From contig CACXJE010000004.1 in assembly GCA_902767915.1 (NCBI GenBank), positions 22,692-86,691 on the forward strand: 64,000 nt of DNA, in the 5' to 3' direction. Every line of letters begins with the position of its first letter. Position 1 is the first letter of the stretch. A program made the position numbers and the translations under genes. Shown piece after piece: positions 54,009 to 61,229 of the stretch. Source of the stretch: Oscillospiraceae bacterium (GTDB lineage Bacteria > Bacillota > Clostridia > Oscillospirales > Oscillospiraceae). The notes under the pieces were generated by a model. That model ran no database searches, was not told the origin of the DNA, and saw nothing but the letters and a program-made list of their open reading frames with translations.

Positions 54009-54317
54009 CACTTTTTCTTCATTTAATCTGCACAGATATTTTTCTTTTCCTTTACAGCTGCCAAATGAATTAATTGACGCATTGCATTAAATCGCCGTTC
54101 CGCAGAAAGGTCACTTCTGCGGAGCGGCGGTTTATGGGAAGAACTGATGCACGACATAATGCTTCCCGCTCGTGGTCAAACACGTTTCACGCTCCAGGCT
54201 GATCACGCCTCCCGGTCCGGGTCGGGGCGAAGGAGGGCTTCCGGTTGGGAGATTAAGGGCAGCAGGCGCAAAGCGAAAAACTCACCCTCCCAGGAGGAAA
54301 GCCGGTCAAGATCCGGG

Positions 54318-54357
54318 AAAAAACGCAAAAAAAGAAAGCCGCTTCACGCGACCTTTC
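54318..54357 (-). terminator. Rho-independent terminator (minus strand) in ORF-free spacer
   Basis: Minus strand: AAAGGTCGCGTGAAGCGGCTTT stem-loop (with G-U pairs), followed by CTTTTTTTGCGTTTTTT. Confidence 0.55.
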
Positions 54358-54467
54358 CAAACAGACGGTTGGACGAAAAATGTGCGGTTTCCGGCGCTTT
54401 TCGCCCCGAATCGAGGCCCAGCGCAGCGGGTTCGATTCGGGAAAGGAGGAGCAGCGGAGTACAGTCG

Positions 54468-54498
54468 AAGAAAAACCAGCCGCCGAAAGCGACTGGGT
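54468..54498 (-). terminator. Rho-independent terminator immediately downstream of tRNA-Cys
   Basis: Minus strand: CCAGTCGC TTTCG GCGGCTGG, followed by TTTTTCTTCG. Confidence 0.65.
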
Positions 54499-54528
54499 TT
54501 TCTGAGCCGTACGGAGCTTGCTCCGACG

Positions 54529-54603
54529 TGGAGGTGATGGGCAGATTTGAACTGCCGAATGACGGTTTTGCAGACCGTTGCCTTACCACTTGGCTACATC
54601 ACC
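54529..54603 (-). tRNA. tRNA-Cys (anticodon GCA), CCA encoded
   Basis: Minus strand: GGTGATGTAGCCAAGTGGTAAGGCAACGGTCTGCAAAACCGTCATTCGGCAGTTCAAATCTGCCCATCACCTCCA. Acceptor stem GGTGATG/CATCACC, anticodon loop CT-GCA-AA, T-loop GTTCAAATC. Confidence 0.9.
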
Positions 54604-54744
54604 ATATTTTGCGCTTTGTTGGGCGAAAAAGGGTGTTAAAACACTATATATTGTGTTTTGCCCCTGCTGATTTTTCACACATTTTTTTGCTCTTTACCAA
54701 TATTTTACCAGTATCTTCAGAATTTTGCAAAAAAGGAGCAAAAA

Positions 54745-55989
54745 ATGGCTAATAAAAGGAGAGAAAAAGGAGCCGGAAGCATCCGAAAAATTGGAGCCAA
54801 ATATTATGGTCGGCTAATGATTGATGGAGTTACAAAAAATTTTGTTGGAGATTCCGCCGCCGATGTGCGGCGGCAGATGCGTGAGTATGACCCAGAACGA
54901 GAGGAAAAGGAAAGAAATAATCCACTTGTTACTGACTACATGCAGTCATGGCTGACGACATATAAAAAACCATCCCTGCGCCCATCCAGCTATGACCGCA
55001 TAGAATGTACTGCTACTTATCAGATATTACCTTATTACAAGGGGGTGAGGCTATCAGACCTTACGCCGGAAACAATATCACAATGGATGCAGAGGCTACA
55101 AGCAGAGGGATTGAGTTACAGCAGTATCAAAAAAGCCTATGTTGCCTTAAATGCAGCACTTGACCAAGCTCTTCTTTCCGGCCTTCTCTCTCGGAGCCCC
55201 ATGGCGGGGCTCTCCATGATCTCCCCGGATCACTTCACGCCATCAGATATTAGATATTTAAGCAAATCCGAAATACAGTTGTTTCATAGTTATTTAACTA
55301 CACAGTGTAGTGAAATGACTAACAACCCCGAAAAGAACACTTCAAATTGTAGTGATTTAACTACAAAACCACAGGAAAGAAAGAAAAAAGAAGAAATTTG
55401 TAGTTATTTCACTAACAGCTATTGGTATGCCCCGGCTCTGATCCTTGACCTGCACACCGGTCTGCGCGGCGGAGAGCTCGCAGCGCTGCAGGTATCGGAC
55501 TATGACGCGGAGGCTCACACACTCCATGTACGCCAAACAGCCCGGAAGTTCCGCACCAGGGATCAATCCGGTGCTCTGCAGCAGGGGATCACAGTGCAGT
55601 ATGGGCGGCCTAAAACCCGCGCCGGCACCCGTATCGTGCCTTGTGACACCATCGCGCAGCAGGCAGTGCAGGAGCTCATTCGGCGGGCTAAGGCAGCCCG
55701 GAGCCCCTTCCTGGTCGTCAGCAAGGCAGGAACGCCCACAACCATCACACTCCTGGAGCACGCGGCGGAGAGGATATACAAGCGCATTGGAGCAGAGGGT
55801 GCAACGCTCCACTCCCTCCGCCACACTTTTGCTAGTCAGCTTTTTGCCGCCGGGGTTGACGTCCTCACAATCAGCAGGACCCTGGGCCACGCCTCCACCG
55901 CCATCACGATGCAGGTATATGTACATATGACGCAAGAGAGCCAAGCGGCGGCAGCCGCCAAAATTGAGGAGGCATTGAGCTCTATATAA
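54745..55989 (+). CDS. int: Tyrosine recombinase / phage integrase
   Basis: Start trimmed to ATG 54745 (AAAGGAGCAAAAA upstream). Catalytic region HTGLRGGEL...HSLRHTFASQLFAAGVDVLTISRTLGHASTAITMQVYVH. Confidence 0.85.
   Translation: MANKRREKGAGSIRKIGAKYYGRLMIDGVTKNFVGDSAADVRRQMREYDPEREEKERNNPLVTDYMQSWLTTYKKPSLRPSSYDRIECTATYQILPYYKGVRLSDLTPETISQWMQRLQAEGLSYSSIKKAYVALNAALDQALLSGLLSRSPMAGLSMISPDHFTPSDIRYLSKSEIQLFHSYLTTQCSEMTNNPEKNTSNCSDLTTKPQERKKKEEICSYFTNSYWYAPALILDLHTGLRGGELAALQVSDYDAEAHTLHVRQTARKFRTRDQSGALQQGITVQYGRPKTRAGTRIVPCDTIAQQAVQELIRRAKAARSPFLVVSKAGTPTTITLLEHAAERIYKRIGAEGATLHSLRHTFASQLFAAGVDVLTISRTLGHASTAITMQVYVHMTQESQAAAAAKIEEALSSI
55286..55416. repeat. Four copies of an ~18-nt palindromic unit TGTAGT-N6-ACTA(C/A)A inside the int ORF
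   Basis: Units at ~55286-55302, 55306-55324, 55348-55365 (perfect palindrome TGTAGTGATTTAACTACA) and 55398-55416. AT-rich and in frame. Confidence 0.75.
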
Positions 55990-56045
55990 TATTATCTATA
56001 TTATCTATATTATCTATATAATATTATAATATATATAATACAAGG
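55981..56045. repeat. A/T-only tandem repeat (TATTATCTATA x3 plus ATATAAT variants)
   Basis: Read directly; begins at the int stop codon. Related CTATATAATAT-type runs recur at 56263-56310. Confidence 0.7.
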
Positions 56046-56055
56046 AGGAATCATT

Positions 56056-56271
56056 ATGACCATATGGGGAGAGATGCTAGACCGCGCATATGAGGAGGGA
56101 CAGCGGGACGCGATGAAAGAGATGTTTCGCAAAAAATTTGCCGCCAAGCCTCCCGAGAGCAAAATTTATATCGTGCAGAGTCTCTACAGAGCTGGTTGGC
56201 CCATCGATGAGATAGCTGACTACACTGGACTCACGCATAACGAGATACGGGATATCATAGAGACTCTATAA
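56056..56271 (+). CDS. Small HTH protein (possible excisionase/regulator)
   Basis: 71 aa with AAGGAGGAATCATT upstream. C-terminus GWPIDEIADYTGLTHNEIRDII is HTH-like. Confidence 0.55.
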   Translation: MTIWGEMLDRAYEEGQRDAMKEMFRKKFAAKPPESKIYIVQSLYRAGWPIDEIADYTGLTHNEIRDIIETL

Positions 56272-56324
56272 TATATAATATAAATAAATCTATATATAAT
56301 ATATATAAATCAAGCAAAAATCAA

Positions 56325-56364
56325 AACCCCGAGCGGTTCACAGGCCGCCCGGGGTTATATTTTT
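56325..56364 (+). terminator. Rho-independent terminator
   Basis: AACCCCG...CGGGGTT stem followed by ATATTTTT. Confidence 0.7.
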
Positions 56365-56472
56365 AGTTATTCCTCTTTTTTGCAGCAGCAGAAGTCAGCA
56401 CAACTCCCATTGAAGAATTGAGTCAGATAAAGGAAAGGAATTAAGTCGGAATACGATAATTTGTATTCGAAA

Positions 56473-57060
56473 TCACATATCAAATTTTGTTATCACGCTT
56501 TTTATTACGCCTAGAATAGTATATGACGGATCTTCTTTTTCGCCATTTTTTGCAAAAATCTCTGGGACGCCATCAGATTTTGGATAGAGAAGTTCGATTC
56601 CGGGAAGTCTGATGTACTTCCTGATGGTTCTATTACTAGTCACGACCCAGCATACTTCAGGCAACGCAATCCACTCATCTTCAGCTGATATGGAACTTTG
56701 TAGGAGGACAACATCCCCTTTTTTCAACTTGAGTTCAGGTACTCCATCCTCTTCTTCGATTTGCCAAGCTAGATCCGCTTTCCATTTTTCAGGGAGGGTG
56801 TACGGGTTGCTATACTGATCGATCACCGTTGCCATTTTGCTAGCAGGAGCTTTAGCAAGCGGTGGATCCAGCGGTTCCATGCCAAGTAGTTGTCCCGCTG
56901 TCACGCCAAAATGATCACATAGCTTCTGAATATGCTTTTCACTCAGCGGCCGAAGTCCACGATCATATGCGCTCCAGTTCGGTACATTAGAGTCAAAAAG
57001 ATCTGCGATGTCCTGAATTTTTTCTCCATGCCGCTTTCGCAGTTCTTTCAAGTTATTCAT
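56473..57060 (-). CDS. CI/LexA-like repressor (XRE HTH + C-terminal beta-barrel domain)
   Basis: 195 aa. N-terminus LKELRKRHGEKIQDIADLF...LSEKHIQKLCDHFGVTAGQLLG (XRE HTH). C-terminus KKGDVVLLQ...TIRKYIRL resembles the S24 fold, but no GDSM-type Ser motif is seen. Divergent from the early operon. Confidence 0.7.
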   Translation of the reverse strand: MNNLKELRKRHGEKIQDIADLFDSNVPNWSAYDRGLRPLSEKHIQKLCDHFGVTAGQLLGMEPLDPPLAKAPASKMATVIDQYSNPYTLPEKWKADLAWQIEEEDGVPELKLKKGDVVLLQSSISAEDEWIALPEVCWVVTSNRTIRKYIRLPGIELLYPKSDGVPEIFAKNGEKEDPSYTILGVIKSVITKFDM

Positions 57061-57180
57061 TATTACATCCCTCTTAGATATGATAATAAGTATTACTGAT
57101 TAGATATTACCATGCAACGGCAACAATGTCAAACGAATTTTTTATTATACTTCTTTCTATATTTCGTTACAATTATTTTT

Positions 57181-57302
57181 CGGCTCTGTGGAGCCGGAGC
57201 GCCGCTTTTGCGTCACTCACCGCCCTACCATCACCCCCTTGCGGCTTGGCCCCCTCTTCCTCCCCTGCGCTGTGAGGACGATGGGGCTGCCGCCCTTTTT
57301 TG
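57181..57302 (+). ncRNA. Candidate small RNA or structured element (GC-rich island with intrinsic terminator)
   Basis: GC-rich ~115 nt inside an AT-rich spacer. Possible -10 TACAAT at 57168-57173. Terminal hairpin GCGGCTTGGCCCC...GGGGCTGCCGC (57241-57293) followed by TTTTTTG. Contains the pyrimidine tract CCCTCTTCCTCCCC. Confidence 0.35.
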
Positions 57303-57406
57303 TATGCAAAACTCGATTTTATGTATAAATAATCGAGTTTAAGGCTAAAAAGCCGATTTTAACCGATTATTATGAATAAATACCCGGTTTTAAGATTTTC
57401 TTATGC

Positions 57407-57458
57407 AAAAGTTTGACGATATTGTCAAAGTGTTTGATCCCTAAGAAGTCAAACTTTT
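57407..57458. promoter_or_regulatory. Operator-like inverted repeats in the repressor/early-gene switch region
   Basis: AAAAGTTTGAC (57407-57417) and GTCAAACTTTT (57448-57458) are perfect inverted repeats, with a third half-site GTCAAAG at 57424-57430. Further palindromes lie at 57470-57520 (TTCTGGGCC-TATATATA-GCCCCAGAA; CGATTCTAGAATCG). Confidence 0.5.
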
Positions 57459-57815
57459 TGTTTTCCGGTGGGTTCTGGGCCTATATATAGCCCCAGAAGA
57501 GGTCGATTCTAGAATCGGGTTTTCCGAGTTTTGATGCCTCATTCCAGAAGCAAATTCTATCTCTAAAACCGCGTTTACAAATAGTTTACATTTAAATATC
57601 CAAAATTTGGCAGAAAACGACATGTTTTTAATCTTATTTTTTTACTTCTCTTACATAATAAAATATAATAATTAGTTCAGTTTTTCAAAGAAAAATCTCT
57701 TATATAAGAATTTTAATTTTTTCAGTTTTACTTACATAATAAGTCGTGATAATCATTTCAGATATAATTTTGGTCGCCACCGGACCACAAGCGGGTGGAA
57801 CGGAAGGAAAGAATT

Positions 57816-58376
57816 ATGAGTATAAAAGATTATGATTACAAGAAAATCACGGAAGAAGTGAAGAAGTCCATCAAAGATGCAGTTATTGATTGTGCTGTTA
57901 TATTATTTGTCGACGCTCCATATATCCAGGATGAATACGCAATATGCCTCTATCTTATGAACGATATGCGCATTTATCATGTCTTTTTGTCCGACGAGGA
58001 AATAACTGATTCTACTGTTGTTGTATATGAAAACTTGTCCAATGCATGTAATGGCTATGATGAAATTACAAAATTTATCGCTGAAGAGTACATGCATAGT
58101 GGCCTTTCCTGCGGTCATTTCCTGCAGGATTATCTAGATCAGGCGATAGATGACATTGACGACTATATCAAGGCGATTGATACACATCCGGAGTATGCAG
58201 ACTTCCTTCGGAAGACCATTAGATTCTGTTTTGACCATAACAGGGTGGAGATTGACTATAGCAGGATTGATCAGGTCGTGAATTTCATCATCGATGAGCG
58301 CCGTAAGATGAATAAAGATATCATCTTGGATGGTGCTCCAAAAGGATCAGGAGGGATAGAATCATGGGAGCGTTGA
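57816..58376 (+). CDS. Hypothetical early protein
   Basis: Start moved to ATG 57816 (GGAAGGAAAG upstream) from the GTG at 57795; 186 aa, no motif recognised. Confidence 0.5.
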   Translation: MSIKDYDYKKITEEVKKSIKDAVIDCAVILFVDAPYIQDEYAICLYLMNDMRIYHVFLSDEEITDSTVVVYENLSNACNGYDEITKFIAEEYMHSGLSCGHFLQDYLDQAIDDIDDYIKAIDTHPEYADFLRKTIRFCFDHNRVEIDYSRIDQVVNFIIDERRKMNKDIILDGAPKGSGGIESWER

Positions 58377-58699
58377 AACAACTATTGATTGAGGCCGAAG
58401 AGTATGATCCCTATGATGAGTTAGATCTGATCACAAAGTCCCTAGAAATCTGGGACGATAGAATTGGATGGGTACCGTATGTTCCGAACGATATTCCCGA
58501 CGATTACGACGACGAGGACTTAGCGCATCCTACAATAAACAAGCTACAGAATGAGGCATCAATCATTTTATCCAACTTGAGCCACTCTGAAGGCTACGAG
58601 GAAGAGTCAGAAGGCAATGGAACTGACCTTCTAACTTCAGAACAACTAAAAAAGTTGGACGAACTGCTTAGCGAGGTTGAAAGCATGGGGGGCAGATGA
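58364..58699 (+). CDS. Highly acidic small protein
   Basis: 111 aa, very rich in D/E (e.g. DDYDDEDL, EGYEEESEG); overlaps neighbouring genes at both ends. Confidence 0.5.
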   Translation: MGALKQLLIEAEEYDPYDELDLITKSLEIWDDRIGWVPYVPNDIPDDYDDEDLAHPTINKLQNEASIILSNLSHSEGYEEESEGNGTDLLTSEQLKKLDELLSEVESMGGR

Positions 58700-58764
58700 C
58701 AGCCCCTCACCAAAGGAAGATTATCCTGAGCATAACAAAGCAAAATCTTAGAGGAGGATGCACT

Positions 58765-59394
58765 ATGGAACTAATCAAAAATTTAAATGCTCAGCCTGGA
58801 AGCCCGATGTGCAGACGTACATATGCTCTGCTCAGTTCTGAGATCCGAAAGCTGACGCAATCAGCTGATGCTGAAATTACTATGGGCTACATTGTGTCCA
58901 AGCTGCTATATAGCTTGGATGAAGCTACATGTAGCCGAGAGCCTAAGCACCACACTATGTACAAGGGTCGTCCGTTTTTTCGATGCAACGAAAAATTTAT
59001 CGCAGAGCAGTTAGGGTACAGTACCCGACAGGCGTCGATTGTCTTACAGAAACTACGTGATGGATATGGGCTGATCGAAGAACACCCCGAAGTCAACTAT
59101 GAGCTCTTTTTACAGTGCCACGCAGACCGTACACACTGCATGACAATCACTGATGAGGGCCTTAGTTATTACCCTGAACTCCAGATCGAAATCGACACAT
59201 GGAATCGTAATCACCCGAACGGTTTTTGGTTTGGGCCTCCCAAGCGAAAAAAGCGGAAAAGGGTTGAGCAAAAGCCTGCTACAAAGCAGGAACCCTCTCA
59301 GGAGCCAAAAACTCATGAGCCGGTTCCAGTAGAGAGCTACGATATGGGCGAATCAAAAGAAAACAAAAAACATTATGCCCCAAATCTCGACTAA
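58765..59394 (+). CDS. Winged-helix DNA-binding protein with Lys-rich tail (possible replication organiser)
   Basis: Start trimmed to ATG 58765 (GAGGAGG at 58751-58757). FIAEQLGYSTRQASIVLQKLRDGYGLIE is wHTH-like; PKRKKRKRVEQK basic tail. Confidence 0.5.
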   Translation: MELIKNLNAQPGSPMCRRTYALLSSEIRKLTQSADAEITMGYIVSKLLYSLDEATCSREPKHHTMYKGRPFFRCNEKFIAEQLGYSTRQASIVLQKLRDGYGLIEEHPEVNYELFLQCHADRTHCMTITDEGLSYYPELQIEIDTWNRNHPNGFWFGPPKRKKRKRVEQKPATKQEPSQEPKTHEPVPVESYDMGESKENKKHYAPNLD

Positions 59395-59457
59395 CTACAT
59401 AAGCCTCTGGTGGGAATCCGCCTGGGGGAAACAAAAATCAAACTACAGGAGGATCAA

Positions 59458-59682
59458 ATGAATTACAACAAAAAACTGAATGAAGACAAGAAGAAGCAAA
59501 AAGAGCTTCAGCTCGACGCCATCAGACTGATCACAGCCGATATCATCATCGACTGCTACGTCGGTGGACTGTCAAAGGACCTCATACTCAAAATCACCGA
59601 TATCTGCTTCGCCGAAGCAGAACGAATTGCAGCAGAAAAGAATCCCGCAGCAAACCACTGCAACGGGGATGAGGAGGGCTGA
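59458..59682 (+). CDS. Hypothetical small protein
   Basis: Start trimmed to ATG 59458 (AGGAGGATCAA upstream); 74 aa. Confidence 0.45.
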   Translation: MNYNKKLNEDKKKQKELQLDAIRLITADIIIDCYVGGLSKDLILKITDICFAEAERIAAEKNPAANHCNGDEEG

Positions 59683-59685
59683 GCA

Positions 59686-59850
59686 ATGATGGATCTTCAG
59701 GAGCTTCACGCATTGTTCGTTGAAATTGTTGTCGGCGCCGCAGCTATGGTCGCGCTGAAGCTTATGACGACAGATGAATATGACGAATTTATGACTGATA
59801 TAGAGCCTGACGTGAAAATGCTATTAGAAGCCATGCGCGCCGGTGCTTAA
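59686..59850 (+). CDS. Unlisted 54-aa ORF, hypothetical
   Basis: ATG 59686 preceded by GAGGAGGG (59671-59678). MMDLQELHALFVEIVVGAAAMVALKLMTTDEYDEF...; fills the gap between tracked ORFs. Confidence 0.4.
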   Translation: MMDLQELHALFVEIVVGAAAMVALKLMTTDEYDEFMTDIEPDVKMLLEAMRAGA

Positions 59851-59875
59851 CACTACAAAAAGGAGGACAAACCAT

Positions 59876-60232
59876 ATGACTTATCCACATACACAAAAAG
59901 AGATCAAGCGTGCGCTGAAAGACCTCCACACCACCCGCTTCTCGCTGGACTCCCTTCGAAATCAGCGCCGCTACTGCAATCCCGAAGATGTTGCAGACAT
60001 ATCAGACCGCATCGCAAAAACCGCTGCCTTCGTGGGAATAATGGATGATGCCATCGCGCACATTCCCCCACGGGATCAGGAAGTGCTAAAAATTTGCATG
60101 GAGATTAACGGGCCATGGCAATCAACCCTAGCTGATGCACTAAAGGTTTCGCAGTCTACAGCATGTCACCGTCTTCATAGCGCCCTTCGTTCCATGCAAA
60201 TTGCGCTCACCGGGGAGGCCGAAAATGAGTAA
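59876..60232 (+). CDS. ArpU-like / sigma-70 region-4-like phage late transcriptional regulator
   Basis: Start trimmed to ATG 59876 (AGGAGGACAAACCAT upstream). C-terminus PPRDQEVLKICMEINGPWQSTLADALKVSQSTACHRLHSALRSMQ is region-4 HTH-like. Confidence 0.55.
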   Translation: MTYPHTQKEIKRALKDLHTTRFSLDSLRNQRRYCNPEDVADISDRIAKTAAFVGIMDDAIAHIPPRDQEVLKICMEINGPWQSTLADALKVSQSTACHRLHSALRSMQIALTGEAENE

Positions 60233-60234
60233 TC

Positions 60235-60528
60235 TTGAGGGAATCTCCGCTGCAAAAAGCCGCTTGTTGGGACAAGTATCCGTGCCAAGAATGCATGCGC
60301 AATGGGCGCTTTACGCCTGTCACTAAGATGCACCGTACCGCACATGACACCGTAAAGAAGCTTGTATGGGTTCTAGACAACCTTCGCTCCGTCTGCCGCG
60401 CCTGTCATAACTTCGAACAACCGGATGAAGTAGCAAGTAGGCCGAAACTCCGGTATTATGGCACCCTTATGGATGACAGTTCAGCTTTGACCAAGCCCCG
60501 GAAAGCCCGGGGCTTGAATGAGAGCTGA
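60235..60528 (+). CDS. HNH-endonuclease-like protein
   Basis: 97 aa (TTG start in track; start uncertain). CQEC...H..AH...N..SVCRACHN arrangement. Confidence 0.55.
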   Translation: MRESPLQKAACWDKYPCQECMRNGRFTPVTKMHRTAHDTVKKLVWVLDNLRSVCRACHNFEQPDEVASRPKLRYYGTLMDDSSALTKPRKARGLNES

Positions 60529-61027
60529 ACTCTCAAAAAGAAATATTATGGAGGTTTTATCAGTGGAAAAATTATGGGACTTAAGCAAATTGGATGTACG
60601 TGAACGGGCAGCTCTTCGGAAAAGCATTGGTCAGCCGTTCGGAACCGACGCTGGTGCGATGATAGCGTTTTTTAAGGCGCTTTGTACTGAACCCGGCGAA
60701 AAAAACAAAGACATTCTTTTTAAATGTATGTGTCTGGAGTGTCTATGGAGGCCCGGCGAAACAAAGGGACGGCCAAAGATGCTTCAAGAAATACTACATG
60801 ATATGATTAAAGCTGGTGATGTCATAGCAACGAGACGGTTTTTTTACATGCTAGATATCAGCAGCACCAACAATCTGCTATACCAATTGGAAAAATGCGT
60901 CCGCCTTATCAAAGTGCGTTATCCGAGACAAGCAGTTGACTTTCAGGCGTTAGTAAGGGATCTTCTGCAGTGGGGGGATCCCGACCTAAAGAAATCATGG
61001 ATTAATAGTATTTTCTGTGAAACTTGA
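60518..61027 (+). CDS. Cse2/CasB-like protein (type I-E Cascade small-subunit homologue), orphan
   Basis: 169 aa. RERAALRKSIGQPFGTDAGAMIAFF..., ..ATRRFFYMLD..LLYQLEKCVRLIK....AVDFQALVRDLLQWGDPDLKKSWINSIF parallels the recalled Cse2 pattern (aALRR..; vErRF..LL; vDw..L..DL..W.....v...Wa..Fy) and hand-aligns to E. coli and T. thermophilus Cse2 C-termini from memory. Confidence 0.55.
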   Translation: MRAELSKRNIMEVLSVEKLWDLSKLDVRERAALRKSIGQPFGTDAGAMIAFFKALCTEPGEKNKDILFKCMCLECLWRPGETKGRPKMLQEILHDMIKAGDVIATRRFFYMLDISSTNNLLYQLEKCVRLIKVRYPRQAVDFQALVRDLLQWGDPDLKKSWINSIFCET

Positions 61028-61115
61028 TACAGCCCCGGGTATTGTCCCTAGAATGCAATGATGGAGTACTTTTTTGTATACTTATATAATAGAAATAATA
61101 GTATATCGATAACAG

Positions 61116-61146
61116 AAAGAGAAGGCGTTAAAACCTTCTCTTTTTC
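61116..61146 (+). terminator. Rho-independent terminator closing the plus-strand operon
   Basis: AGAGAAGG cgttaaaa CCTTCTCT followed by TTTTT. Confidence 0.75.
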
Positions 61147-61156
61147 GTGCTGTGAA

Positions 61157-61229
61157 ACTGAACAGAGTGCAGTTTTGAAAAAGCGGCTTACTGAACAGAG
61201 TTTAGAAGATCGCTGAACAGAGTTCAGTA
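61157..61229. repeat. Three copies of a 17-bp site ACTGAACAGAGT(T/G)(C/T)AG(T/A)
   Basis: Copies at 61157-61173, 61190-61206 and 61213-61229. The third is a perfect palindrome, CTGAAC-AGA-GTTCAG. Confidence 0.7.

Noticed and set aside
54150-54470. GC-rich ORF-free stretch considered as tmRNA, RNase P RNA, SRP RNA or a second tRNA (GGTTCGATTC T-loop-like word at ~54433).
   Set aside because: There is no tRNA-like acceptor/T-arm pairing around the T-loop-like word. It is instead part of a 10-bp palindrome. There is no GAGGAAAGUCC-type P4 motif (only GGAGGAAAGCCGG), no tag-peptide ORF or CCA end, and the SRP GGAA/AGCA motifs were not seen. It is kept only as an unassigned structured spacer.
54147-54752. 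201-aa plus-strand ORF.
   Set aside because: It runs straight through the tRNA-Cys gene and two terminators and has an Arg/Ser/Lys-rich, non-protein-like composition.
55981-56045. Tandem A/T repeats considered as a possible CRISPR array.
   Set aside because: The units are ~11 nt, contiguous and pure A/T, with no unique spacers. This is a simple tandem repeat.
57112-57342. 76-aa ORF in the switch region.
   Set aside because: It has no RBS and a Pro/Leu/Ala-rich translation of a GC-rich hairpin region. An RNA or structural element explains it better.
61157-61229. Repeats next to the Cse2-like gene considered as a mini-CRISPR array.
   Set aside because: The repeats are 17 nt with irregular 16-nt and 6-nt gaps and are palindromic like operators. 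They do not fit a type I-E 28-29 nt repeat with ~32 nt spacers.
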